From a virus, in the IMG/VR virus record IMGVR_UViG_3300044821_000127, positions 3,361 through 67,360 of that record: a DNA stretch of 64,000 nucleotides; one strand, given 5' to 3'. Position 1 is the first letter of the stretch; each line of letters opens with the position of its first letter. The position numbers and the translations under genes are program-made. This document shows, one piece after another, positions 29,607 to 39,387 of the stretch. Below the pieces are notes generated by a model. It searched no databases and was not told where the DNA came from. It worked only from the letters and a program-made list of their open reading frames with translations.

Positions 29607-32600
29607 TATCTGTGCCCTTGGGTTTGTTGCGGTCGGGCGGCGGGGCCGGGCGGTTGGGGTAAATCACCGCCATCCACTTCTGGAATAAAGGCAAGAATGT
29701 TCATTGGAAGGGGAAGATCTTGTTGCATGGCTACTTGACCGGGGCGCGAGAAGCCCCCACTTACAGGTATACGAATATCTCCGGTATAGAGGGGGTTGAC
29801 AAAGGTATTGTAGGTTGGTGTACCAGCATTCGGTACATCATCAAGATCAGTCCAAATAGGGGCAAGTTGTGGCGGATTTAGAGTAGAACCATCCACTTGA
29901 TTAGACCCAATCACCATACCACTTGAAGCCTCCACGCGCGCCGTAACCGCCGCAATCTTCTTTCTTTGCCCTTGAACTGTTGGCTGCCCGGCATCAAGAT
30001 AAACACTCTGCACTTGTACTTGAAATGGCAAGCCAAGAGTGATGGCCGAGCCAGAAAATTCCCCAAGATTAACGCTACCGTCAGAAGCAACCGTAATCGG
30101 AGGAACTACCTTACCATCAGAAAGCCCCGTTACCTTCATTCCAGCTAAGTAATCCAATCCATAAACAATATCGGTCGGTCGGGTAAAGGTCCAAGTGCCA
30201 GGAAGGGCCGGCGTGACAACGGGGGGCGTTCCACTATTTGGAATGGTCATTACTATTGGTTGAATAATGTTAGCAATTACATGGGTGGAGTCAATAAGTG
30301 TGGTAATTACTGCAATTCCACCGCCCATACGGATATAATAACCCAATGAGCTTGGAGTAAACAATACCCCTGTACTTGTAAAAGTTGCGGAATTATCCAA
30401 TTCAACAGACATTTCAGCGCCGCTTCCAGCGCCCGTAGGATCAACAAAGAAGAATTGTGGATTGGTGTAGCCGCTTCCGGCGCTAGTAATTGTCACCGAG
30501 GTAATATGTCCAGTTCCATCAATAACTGGGGTTACCAAGCCACCAATTCCGGTGGGATCATTAATGGTGATTGTGGTCGATGTAGAATAGTTAGCGCCCC
30601 CAATAAGATGATTAACTACACTGATTGCCCCCAATCCTGTTGCAGAGCTTGCATAAAGTGTTGCATTAGGTTGATACATTGGATAAGCCAGTCCCGCATC
30701 AACACACCAGCAATTTTCGGTATTGTTCCAAAGACGATTATCCATTCTTTCAATTAAATAAGCTGTGCCATTCGGGAGAAAACGCTGAACGGCAATATAA
30801 ACAGCATCAACGGGGGGTTCAACAATGGAACAAACACTTTGAACCAATCCGTTTGTGTCATGGCGCGCCCAACCGATCACATCTTGCTGTTTTAAGTAAG
30901 TCAAACTCAGTAAGATTCCATCATTCCTGACCGCCCAAAGAATTTTGTATGGTTCTTCCGCCCAAGCCCATTCACGAATAGTGTAGTTGGTAAAAAGATG
31001 GGATGAAAGTTGAGTAATGTCCGCACCGGTGTAGATGTTGGTAAAGAAGTTATACTCAAGATTGCGAACAATGGAACCTTTGGATTGAACATATAGAACA
31101 TTATAGTCGATTTTAATTGGTGGAACTGTGGCGGAACAGCCGTTATAGGATTGTGGTTGGGCTTGCTGATTGGCGGGGGTGATTGGTTGGGGATTAAGGG
31201 AACTTCCGCCGACACCGGTCAATTGCCAAGCAGCAAGGCCGGTAAGAACGACCAATCCACCCGGCATACTTACCATGAATTGAATACCATTTACTTCCAC
31301 TGACCAAGGGGTGCCGGTTATGGCATCGGAAGCAATTGTGGGGATGCGATAGTCAAAATTCAGGAAGGCGCCGGGCTGGCTCATCCAGTAAGTATCGGGG
31401 TTGTTCGGCGAAGAAGCGTATACGCGCCGTTCTTGAAAATAAGCCACTACACTTGGATAGGTGCCGGTCTCAGGGCCGATAATTAACGTGGCTGTGGGAA
31501 GGATGCCGCTTCCACTAAAAGAAATTGAGTCGCCGGGCTGATAATTTATCCCATGATTGGTAACTATAAAGGCGGTAAGCGCCCCGCCAACAATTACTGG
31601 ATAACCGGAAAACCCACTACCGGTTATGGTAGAAATGGCGAAACCTAATGTGGTTAGCCCCGAACCGCCAGAAGTAATATTTACTCGAATTGCTTGACCA
31701 GGAGCAAAAGGATTAATATGTAGTGGTGGTACTTGGCTAAAATCAGGGGTAATATTTGTGTCGATAAATTCTGTGCCCGCCGCTTGCCCAGCGTATCCGA
31801 AGGCCGCTCCGGCAGGTACAGCAAATCCTGTACTACTATCAACCGGAAGGGCCTTATATACGTAATAGGTGAAAACGCCCGAAACGGCTGACCAAGTAAT
31901 ACTATTTGAGCCGTATGTCGCGGCAATATTTACGGCGGATGGAATATCGGCAATAGGAGAGGAAACACTCTCAGTGCCGTTGATTGGGCTAATGGCCGTT
32001 ACTGCATAATTGTAATCGGTAGTTCCGCTACTGGTAGTTGCTCCAGTGCAGGTTGCGGGGGGCAGAATAGATGGAACAGGATTAACGGCGGTTAGCGTCC
32101 AGGAAGTGTCAGTAATCCGTGCCAAATCATATGCGGGATAGGAAATGTTTGTTATTTGATTCCAGCAGCAAATGGACATTACATCGGCGGACTGAGTGAA
32201 CTTTAGATAAGAAAGATCGGCCTCAGCATACGGAGTTACTAAGGTAAAAATCCTAGTAATTGTTCCGCCAATAGTATATGTTCCATATGGAATGGTATTT
32301 ACATTATTTCCGTAAACATCGGTAAGAGAGATAGTGGTGGGGGTTCTGGCTGAAACAATAAATGTTCTATCATTTATCTGCGGCATTCCGCTGACATTGG
32401 AAATAAATACCCAATCACCATTAGAGAAGGTGTTTACCACACTTACCACACCGGGGTTTGAATTGGTAATTCCGGTGATAAAAAGAAGCGCTTCGGTGAC
32501 ATACGCTCCGTTAAGAATAACCCGCATATAGAAATTACCAAATTCTAATGCTAGTCCTTGGTTAATGGAGAATTGAAATGGAATGAGGCGGGGTGGAATT

Positions 32601-32791
32601 GTGCGGCCGGTTTGTTTGGAAAAGCCAACGAAGGCAGTTCCGGCGCGGGAGTATGCCCCACCACGGTAGGAAACGAAAGCATTTCGCATTGTGGCCGCGC
32701 CAACATGAAAGCGCGCAAGATCCACATGGCCGAAAAGGCTAGGCGTCAATTCCCCCGAAGCAAAAGAGGTTTGAATAAATGGTACCGACAA
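29606..32791 (-). CDS. tail tubular protein B / nozzle
   Basis: QTSFASGELTP.L.G..D..F...RNAFV...GG...R.GT; YFQERR; GWARHDT; extra beta-sandwich inserts. Confidence 0.85.
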   Translation of the reverse strand: MSVPFIQTSFASGELTPSLFGHVDLARFHVGAATMRNAFVSYRGGAYSRAGTAFVGFSKQTGRTIPPRLIPFQFSINQGLALEFGNFYMRVILNGAYVTEALLFITGITNSNPGVVSVVNTFSNGDWVFISNVSGMPQINDRTFIVSARTPTTISLTDVYGNNVNTIPYGTYTIGGTITRIFTLVTPYAEADLSYLKFTQSADVMSICCWNQITNISYPAYDLARITDTSWTLTAVNPVPSILPPATCTGATTSSGTTDYNYAVTAISPINGTESVSSPIADIPSAVNIAATYGSNSITWSAVSGVFTYYVYKALPVDSSTGFAVPAGAAFGYAGQAAGTEFIDTNITPDFSQVPPLHINPFAPGQAIRVNITSGGSGLTTLGFAISTITGSGFSGYPVIVGGALTAFIVTNHGINYQPGDSISFSGSGILPTATLIIGPETGTYPSVVAYFQERRVYASSPNNPDTYWMSQPGAFLNFDYRIPTIASDAITGTPWSVEVNGIQFMVSMPGGLVVLTGLAAWQLTGVGGSSLNPQPITPANQQAQPQSYNGCSATVPPIKIDYNVLYVQSKGSIVRNLEYNFFTNIYTGADITQLSSHLFTNYTIREWAWAEEPYKILWAVRNDGILLSLTYLKQQDVIGWARHDTNGLVQSVCSIVEPPVDAVYIAVQRFLPNGTAYLIERMDNRLWNNTENCWCVDAGLAYPMYQPNATLYASSATGLGAISVVNHLIGGANYSTSTTITINDPTGIGGLVTPVIDGTGHITSVTITSAGSGYTNPQFFFVDPTGAGSGAEMSVELDNSATFTSTGVLFTPSSLGYYIRMGGGIAVITTLIDSTHVIANIIQPIVMTIPNSGTPPVVTPALPGTWTFTRPTDIVYGLDYLAGMKVTGLSDGKVVPPITVASDGSVNLGEFSGSAITLGLPFQVQVQSVYLDAGQPTVQGQRKKIAAVTARVEASSGMVIGSNQVDGSTLNPPQLAPIWTDLDDVPNAGTPTYNTFVNPLYTGDIRIPVSGGFSRPGQVAMQQDLPLPMNILAFIPEVDGGDLPQPPGPAARPQQTQGHR

Positions 32792-33688
32792 TTAGTAAGA
32801 ACTCCCATCGCTAAAACTACATGAGTCCCAGCCAAAACCCAAGCCGCCGAAACCTTCACCCATTCCACCAAATCCACCAAAAGCGCCCGATCCCCACGCA
32901 CCGGTATTTCTTGTCCTCACCCAATCAGGTACATGCTCCACCGAATACCAGCCCTCATTTCCATCAGTAATTCTTGCTTGCATAATCTTATTCTTGGCAA
33001 TGAGAATTTGATCATCACGAAGGGCTTTACCAAGCTTTTTGTCTTTGGTGAGAGGTAGGGCTACTTGACTGGCGAGATAGGCCACCATGGCTTCACGGAA
33101 TAATGCATCCCACATATTGGGGTAAACCATAAGGGCGGTATATACTCCCCAAGCTTGAAATACATTGGTAAGAACTACGGTGGTGCCAGCCGGACTTGTG
33201 CCTTGTTGATTCCACCAGTCGCCCTGAGAGGTATTGCCGATGTAGTTAAAATCGGTGGAAACGACGAAGCGGGCAGGAACTAGGCGAAGTTGATTGAGTG
33301 GTGGACCGCCGAACGGCAAGATCGGAACTTGGGAATTCGGCGGAACAATATTACCATTTGGGGCGCCCGAGGTCTGAAAGCAATCATTCATCGGAATGAA
33401 GCGCATCTTCAAGCAATCGGTCGGATAGCCGTATTCATAGGTCCATGGACGGGGGACAATCTTACCAACCCCCTGCGTTTGACCGGTGGCATCGGCAAGT
33501 AATTCCAATGGGGCTTGTTTACGGGCGAAATCCCAGTGGGCGGAGCGAAGAAGCTGCCGAATACATTGACCATACGCCCGAAGGCAGACTTGTGCCTCCC
33601 TGGTGCCTTCTTCCGGTTCGCCAATAATTACCTCACTCCCAATAGCATCAAGGGCTTGGTTGATTACATCGGCTGGGAGATTTGACAT
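32792..33688 (-). CDS. head-tail adaptor (tail tubular protein A), paralog 3
   Basis: DVINQALDAIG..WDFARK..YPTDCL..WDALFREAMVAYLA..LT. Confidence 0.75.
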   Translation of the reverse strand: MSNLPADVINQALDAIGSEVIIGEPEEGTREAQVCLRAYGQCIRQLLRSAHWDFARKQAPLELLADATGQTQGVGKIVPRPWTYEYGYPTDCLKMRFIPMNDCFQTSGAPNGNIVPPNSQVPILPFGGPPLNQLRLVPARFVVSTDFNYIGNTSQGDWWNQQGTSPAGTTVVLTNVFQAWGVYTALMVYPNMWDALFREAMVAYLASQVALPLTKDKKLGKALRDDQILIAKNKIMQARITDGNEGWYSVEHVPDWVRTRNTGAWGSGAFGGFGGMGEGFGGLGFGWDSCSFSDGSSY

Positions 33689-33692
33689 TCAC

Positions 33693-34322
33693 TTAACCTT
33701 GATTAATGTCGGCGGTGAAGGTAGCAACCGGTTCTTCTTGCTTTTCTTGCTTTTCGGTTTCGGCTTGGCCTTGGTTTAGTTCGCCGAGATTTGGGGCAAG
33801 CTTTATGCCGAGGGCCGCAACAAGAGCTTCTACGAATAGCGGCTCCCATAATGTAACATTTGTGACTTGCCCTGTATATACTAAAATAGCGGTGTCAACG
33901 TTGCAAACAATTGATTTGGCGGGGGGCGAAAGAGCATTATCGTTGTAAACGTCAAATACTTGCGGTTGTGGATCAAAAGACGGGAGAAAGAATGGTTGGG
34001 ACTTTACTGAGCGAACCTTTAGGCAGTCGTCAGGATAGACGTATTCAAAAAGCCAGGGAACGGGGGGATAGGCGCTAGTCCAAGGATTTACTGGATTGTA
34101 GCCGCCCGCCGGCGCTGTTTTTATTAACGTCATGGTGACATTTCTTTCCGCAAAGCCCCAAGATTGCTTACGGAGAAGTTCATCGCGTGTTTGGGAATAA
34201 ACGTCCAGGCATTTTTTAGAGGCGTTTGAGCCCTCATAAATTGAGCCGATACGCTTATCACAGCCAATACTGCCGAGAACGATATTGCAAATGTCTTCAA
34301 CATTTCTAACACTGAGTGGCAT
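33693..34322 (-). CDS. head-tail adaptor, paralog 2
   Basis: DICNIVLGSIG..WGFAER..YPDDCL..WEPLFVEALVAAL. Confidence 0.75.
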   Translation of the reverse strand: MPLSVRNVEDICNIVLGSIGCDKRIGSIYEGSNASKKCLDVYSQTRDELLRKQSWGFAERNVTMTLIKTAPAGGYNPVNPWTSAYPPVPWLFEYVYPDDCLKVRSVKSQPFFLPSFDPQPQVFDVYNDNALSPPAKSIVCNVDTAILVYTGQVTNVTLWEPLFVEALVAALGIKLAPNLGELNQGQAETEKQEKQEEPVATFTADINQG

Positions 34323-34891
34323 TATCCGTCTCTACTTTGTCCAATTTGTTCAATTTGTGAACTTGTGCCATACGCGTCGCGGGCGGTATCAGGACGGCCG
34401 TTTATGGCAATGGCAAGTTCAGAAGCCAATAATCTTACAACAGTTTCCCTAAACAATGCGTCCCAGGTGGATTCAAGCGGCTGATTAGTATAAACCGCCA
34501 AGGCATTTGCTACATTAGTTTGGATTACCTTGGTTGGAATGCCGGCAACAAGGTTATTGCAAACTACCCAATTATCTGGCAACGGATTAAATTGATCGGT
34601 AACGGTGGTTGGCATTAATTGTCGAACTTCTACGCCATTGGTAGGGTAAAAATATTCAAGGGGCCAAGGAAATAATGGGGTATTGCCGGTTAGGGTGAGT
34701 ACGACTGTGTTCCGGTTAAAGTCCCAACCAAATTGTTTGGCAACAGTTTGGACGCAGGGCACGTAAAGTTGCGCGGCGGCTTTGCCGGCCGTGGAGTTGT
34801 CAAAAGTTGGGGCCACGCCCGTAACCGGGGTTTGGTTATCCCCGATCATAAAGATTGCCTGGTTTACGATGTCGGTGGAAGTTACGGGCAT
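34322..34891 (-). CDS. head-tail adaptor, paralog 1
   Basis: DIVNQAIFMIG..WDFNRN..YPTN..WDALFRETVVRLLA. Confidence 0.7.
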   Translation of the reverse strand: MPVTSTDIVNQAIFMIGDNQTPVTGVAPTFDNSTAGKAAAQLYVPCVQTVAKQFGWDFNRNTVVLTLTGNTPLFPWPLEYFYPTNGVEVRQLMPTTVTDQFNPLPDNWVVCNNLVAGIPTKVIQTNVANALAVYTNQPLESTWDALFRETVVRLLASELAIAINGRPDTARDAYGTSSQIEQIGQSRDG

Positions 34892-34900
34892 AACTTTACC

Positions 34901-37738
34901 TTAATGTCCAACGGCCATCCAACCACAAAAACCGGAGGTTGGATTTGAGTTTGTTACCACTGTAAAGCCAGTGACACTTGTACCGGAAAAAGAAGCGTAA
35001 ACTGGAGTTGTTGAGTTTGTGCTTATATTAAAGAAATCGATGCCATTAGGAAATGCTGCGGCAAATGTATATGAGGCTGGAGTTGTTGAGCAAACGACAC
35101 TGCCAACTTTGATAATTGGCTGAGAGAATCCAGGATCATTGATTTTTGGTATGGTAGTTGAGGCGGAGATAGTGGATGGACCGGTGCCCCCAGAAATAGA
35201 AATGCCATATCCAGCGGAATTGCTGGTAACACCGGTGTTGGATACTATTACCGCTCCGGTGGTGGGAGAAACGGAAATTCCACTGCCACTACCAGTAACA
35301 CTGCTAACCGCACCGGCCCCGCCGCAAGCGCCCCCGGAACCGGCAACAATACCGGAGGAGTTCACTTGTAGACATTGAGTTGACCCGGTTATTGGGGTGG
35401 TGATTGCTCCGGAGAACGTTGCATTTTTTGTCCAAAAATTATTCCAAATGTTGGACGCGCCACCAAGATCAACGGTGTTGGTTAACGTTGGAAGAAAACT
35501 TCCATTAACAAAGTTAGTTGCTCCAGCATAGCTAAGTGCCACTCCGGTAGAGTTTACCTTAATCATATCGTAGCCAAGATTGGACGTAAGCCAGGTATTA
35601 TCTGGGAAGACCGTTCCGCCCCCACCGCCACCACTACAACCATTTGGTTGGTTACAAAAGATATATGTATTAGTTCCAGCATCTGGAATAGTATTACTAA
35701 CATTTCCTGCAAACTGATTACCTGCGATCAGATTAGCATTCCCAGCAAGAACTTGAATTGGGTAGGATTGATTTGCCCCAGAACTACTTGAATTAACTAC
35801 TGAACTATTATTCGCTCCGTTAATCACAATTCCGGGGTATAGTCCACTTCCTTGAAGGGAGCTTGCGTAAACATGAACACCTTGAAGAATAATACGTGAT
35901 CCAGCCCCAAGGACAATTCCGGCATTATAGGAGTTTATATAGTTTCCGCCGGTAATTGTTAGTCCATCCAACGCGGCGTTATTTGCATAAATTGCCGCTA
36001 ATCCAGTAGCTGCATGGCAATTATCCATAAACACATTGTAGATTTGTCCAGTTCCGGTAAATAGAAATGGATAGCCGGTATGAAGAGCAAAAGTCTCAGA
36101 AATAACATTTGTCAGATGCACGGCATAAATTTGTTGAGAACCAGTTGGATTAAAAACTAATCCATAGGTGTTTGATAGATTGGATTCAAGAGAAAGGGCA
36201 TCCACATAAAGCCCAGAAACATTATCTACTTCCATATCGGTGAGATAATTTCCTACCTCACCAATGTGAAAGAAGATATCTTGCGGTACGTCGGAGGCGA
36301 AACTTGTTCCGGTGATCATGATTGCAGCGGTACCGGTAGTTGATACTGGAGTTCCATTATTAGAGTAGTTATTGTTTGTGTGGCGATCGGCAATGGTGCC
36401 ACCGTCGATATAATCGGCGTAAAGGCCGCCAGCCACACTAATCTTATCAAAGATAAGTCCAAAATCTCCATGTTCACGAAGGATAGCCCCAACACCACTA
36501 CCGGCCGTTCGAGTTGGAACGGAGTAAATTCCAATATTTTGTGCTCCGCCAAACTGCGTGTGAGAAAAGGTTACCATGTCGCCGGCTGTAAAGGTATTAA
36601 GGGCGCAGATTTGAGAAGCCTGCATTCCATCACCAACAAGAGTGATATTGTATCCAGTTATATTAATGCCAGCCGAAATCCCATAGCAATTGGGGGTGCC
36701 CGGAAAGTAAATCATTGCATTTGAGCCGGCCGCTGCAATGGCAGCATTTATTGCAGCTAGGTCATCGGCACTTCCGTTTCCGACTGCTCCGTAGTTTTGG
36801 ATGTTATACCATTGGACGTTTTGCTTAATGGCAGCGGGCGCGGCGGGGCCGGTGGTGTTATTTCCAAGAACGGTTTTTGCGGCGATGTTTCCCAATTGAG
36901 AAGGAGAGAGCGAGCCGGCAAGATCGGAAAAGTTTGGCTGGGTTGTGGAGGGAATACCGCTGGTTGAGATTGTATTTACCCACTGGTGAGTGGTGGAAAC
37001 TATGCTGCGCACCCCGCCAAGGGTAGTAGCGGAAGGATTCGGCAGAACGGTCGGAGAAATAGTCCCACCGGAAGTTGTTTGTAAGAGAACGCTATTTCCG
37101 GTGGTTCCGGTAATCATTTCACCAAGAACACTTGCATTATCATAAAGTACTCGCCCAGAAGTGCCACTAGAGATTGGGGTTGTTCCTACTGTCAAATTTG
37201 TGTTGAGAGTGCCGCAATCTTTCAGTAATGTTCCAGTGGTGTTGTTCCAGCATGCTACATCGTTTACTACGGAAGTTGCAGGGCCTACTATTCCACCGAT
37301 GGTAAAGGGGAAGGAGTAGTAAGAACCATTTACGTAGAATTTAAATGGAAGAGGGGCCGCGGAACCGCCGTTACCATAGGCAAGTAATCCGCCGCCTTGG
37401 GCATTGGGAGACAGGCAGAAGAAGTGATAGCCAGTGGCGTTGGTGATGGGGGCGTCGTAGTCACAGAAGTTGGTAAGAAGCTGCCCGGTGCCGGCATTGG
37501 CAAAGGGAGGAGTGCCAGTACCTCTAATGGTCATGCCTAATTCATTTATACCAGTACCAACATTTCCCCCACCAGCCGGACCACTATCAAGCATTGGAGG
37601 GTTGTTTGGCCCGCCAGTAGTTGCATACATGGGAATGCGCCCGGCAGTGCGGTTGCCAGTTTGTAATAGACTGGTTTGTGCATTGGCTGAAAAAGCCAAG
37701 AAGCTAAATATTGTGGAAAGAAGAATTGTCTTTTTCAT
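34901..37738 (-). CDS. tailspike/depolymerase (pectate-lyase-like beta-helix) with Sec signal peptide
   Basis: MKKTILLSTIFSFLAFSANA|Q; NIQNYGAVGNGSADDLAAINAAI..IYFPG beta-helix cap. Confidence 0.8.
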   Translation of the reverse strand: MKKTILLSTIFSFLAFSANAQTSLLQTGNRTAGRIPMYATTGGPNNPPMLDSGPAGGGNVGTGINELGMTIRGTGTPPFANAGTGQLLTNFCDYDAPITNATGYHFFCLSPNAQGGGLLAYGNGGSAAPLPFKFYVNGSYYSFPFTIGGIVGPATSVVNDVACWNNTTGTLLKDCGTLNTNLTVGTTPISSGTSGRVLYDNASVLGEMITGTTGNSVLLQTTSGGTISPTVLPNPSATTLGGVRSIVSTTHQWVNTISTSGIPSTTQPNFSDLAGSLSPSQLGNIAAKTVLGNNTTGPAAPAAIKQNVQWYNIQNYGAVGNGSADDLAAINAAIAAAGSNAMIYFPGTPNCYGISAGINITGYNITLVGDGMQASQICALNTFTAGDMVTFSHTQFGGAQNIGIYSVPTRTAGSGVGAILREHGDFGLIFDKISVAGGLYADYIDGGTIADRHTNNNYSNNGTPVSTTGTAAIMITGTSFASDVPQDIFFHIGEVGNYLTDMEVDNVSGLYVDALSLESNLSNTYGLVFNPTGSQQIYAVHLTNVISETFALHTGYPFLFTGTGQIYNVFMDNCHAATGLAAIYANNAALDGLTITGGNYINSYNAGIVLGAGSRIILQGVHVYASSLQGSGLYPGIVINGANNSSVVNSSSSGANQSYPIQVLAGNANLIAGNQFAGNVSNTIPDAGTNTYIFCNQPNGCSGGGGGGTVFPDNTWLTSNLGYDMIKVNSTGVALSYAGATNFVNGSFLPTLTNTVDLGGASNIWNNFWTKNATFSGAITTPITGSTQCLQVNSSGIVAGSGGACGGAGAVSSVTGSGSGISVSPTTGAVIVSNTGVTSNSAGYGISISGGTGPSTISASTTIPKINDPGFSQPIIKVGSVVCSTTPASYTFAAAFPNGIDFFNISTNSTTPVYASFSGTSVTGFTVVTNSNPTSGFCGWMAVGH

Positions 37739-37741
37739 TTT

Positions 37742-37999
37742 TTACTTCTTGTCTTGCTCATTGGTAGTTTTTGCCGCTTCGGCCTTAAGTTTGACATTTT
37801 CTTCGGTGAGTTGCTTTACCTGCATCTTAAGCGTGTCGCGCTCTTGGACAAGTGGCATGATGGCGGGACCGAGATGCTTGACTTGGGTAGAGAGAGCTTG
37901 CAGTTCTTCGCTGATGGACTGCACTGTCTGATCCGGCGCACCTTGGGCAAAGGCCATGACTGGGAAGAGGATGATCGGCAGGATGATTAAAAGACGCAT
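37742..37999 (-). CDS. exported coiled-coil protein
   Basis: MRLLIILPIILFPVMAFA|Q then heptads; start refined. Confidence 0.65.
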   Translation of the reverse strand: MRLLIILPIILFPVMAFAQGAPDQTVQSISEELQALSTQVKHLGPAIMPLVQERDTLKMQVKQLTEENVKLKAEAAKTTNEQDKK

Positions 38000-38063
38000 G
38001 ATTTTTCCGTTTATGGGCATTGGGTAAGGACACCGGCGACAACAGCGATGCTCTTCGATGGGC

Positions 38064-38345
38064 TTATCCATTGTCGCCGGTCGATAGACTGACATCCGTC
38101 ATGGCCTGCAGGTTGCTGTAAACAGCATCATGGATGAGGCTGTAGAGCGCCGCGCCAGTTCCGGTCGGGACACCATAGGCGATCGTCTCAACGTTAGCCG
38201 GGGTAGCCCCGCCAGCAGTGATCGAGTTCAAGAGGGCAACAGCTCTGACGGACGACTGCTTGAGTTTGATGGCGTCGGCGACGACTTGGGCCATGATGTT
38301 AGCAACAGCCTTGGATCGGTCGAGGTCAATGTGTGTGTTAGCCAT
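38064..38345 (-). CDS. hypothetical tail-region protein
   Basis: AGGAG RBS before MANTHI. Confidence 0.6.
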   Translation of the reverse strand: MANTHIDLDRSKAVANIMAQVVADAIKLKQSSVRAVALLNSITAGGATPANVETIAYGVPTGTGAALYSLIHDAVYSNLQAMTDVSLSTGDNG

Positions 38346-38353
38346 GATTGCTC

Positions 38354-38719
38354 CTAGAGTGCCAGAAGTTGGGCGAGAAGTTGATTTATCAGAGTCTGAT
38401 TTCCGTCTTCCACCGCCTTTTTCAGTTGGGCGGCAACAACATCCTTTGTCCTTGTGGTTATTTGGTACGGGGTCGTAACCCAAACCACCGTGGGGACGCC
38501 GGCTAGGACCTGGATCGTTCGCGTGATGGACCCAAAATCCCCGGTTGGGGGAGATGTCTCAACGACAGCCAGTATCCCGACAGACGCCCTGTTAGCCGGA
38601 CTCGACGAATGAAGCCATGGTGGTGGGAAGGAGAGCGCCCCAATGCTAAACGTCTGGTCCGTGAACTCATCGAGATACTGGTATTGCCCCCCGCCAAGCG
38701 GGATTGCATAGGTTGTCAT
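38354..38719 (-). CDS. putative tail fibre assembly/chaperone protein
   Basis: FPPPWL...R.SVGI..V.E pattern; follows fibre gene. Confidence 0.5.
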   Translation of the reverse strand: MTTYAIPLGGGQYQYLDEFTDQTFSIGALSFPPPWLHSSSPANRASVGILAVVETSPPTGDFGSITRTIQVLAGVPTVVWVTTPYQITTRTKDVVAAQLKKAVEDGNQTLINQLLAQLLAL

Positions 38720-39387
38720 GGGATCACCGTAGGGGTGAAGATGAAGGAGGAGGATGTAGCGGCTCCGCCCCAGGCTGAAAACCCAGACGGAATACTGTAC
38801 GCAAAGGCCGTAGCTCCAGTGTTTAGGGTAACTGTGGACGATAATGCAGAAAGACTATACGCAGGAAAAACAGGGGATGTCGTGATATAATCGGCACCGC
38901 CTGTACCTAGGCCAGGATTGGCACTATTTTGCCATGTCCCATTTTTTGCCCAATATATTAAATGATTAGTTACGTCAACGGCAATCGAGATAACGTTGCC
39001 CGTTGTATAGAAGCTTCCAGCTATGGAAGTACTACCTGTATTTGCGTATAGGACTCCGTTAGCGGCATAATAACCGGCCCCATTAGAGTCACCATATCCG
39101 AATGGTACTGACGATAAATTTGAAGAAGAATTAGCTACGCCGATATAAGAATGCCCAAATGTGTCCAGCGTATCCGTCACTTCAAAGTAATATTTTCCGC
39201 TTGAGTGAGATAGTGTTCCACGTACCCCTTCTTCCCCCCCCCCCAAAACCGCTGCGGCGGTCAGGTTTCCATTCGACAATGTTACACCGGACGTTTTATC
39301 AGACGGGTTCCACGTTGACTGAGCTAGTGTTTCACTACAAAGCAAAGCCATTACTGATATTGTTACTAAGAAGATGTAGTTTTTCAT
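38716..39387 (-). CDS. SPRY/B30.2-domain protein with signal peptide
   Basis: TWNPSDK..LSNGNLT..SSGKYYFEV..GNVISIAVD..KNGTWQ..IPSGFSAW; leader ends TLA|Q. Confidence 0.8.
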   Translation of the reverse strand: MKNYIFLVTISVMALLCSETLAQSTWNPSDKTSGVTLSNGNLTAAAVLGGGEEGVRGTLSHSSGKYYFEVTDTLDTFGHSYIGVANSSSNLSSVPFGYGDSNGAGYYAANGVLYANTGSTSIAGSFYTTGNVISIAVDVTNHLIYWAKNGTWQNSANPGLGTGGADYITTSPVFPAYSLSALSSTVTLNTGATAFAYSIPSGFSAWGGAATSSSFIFTPTVIP

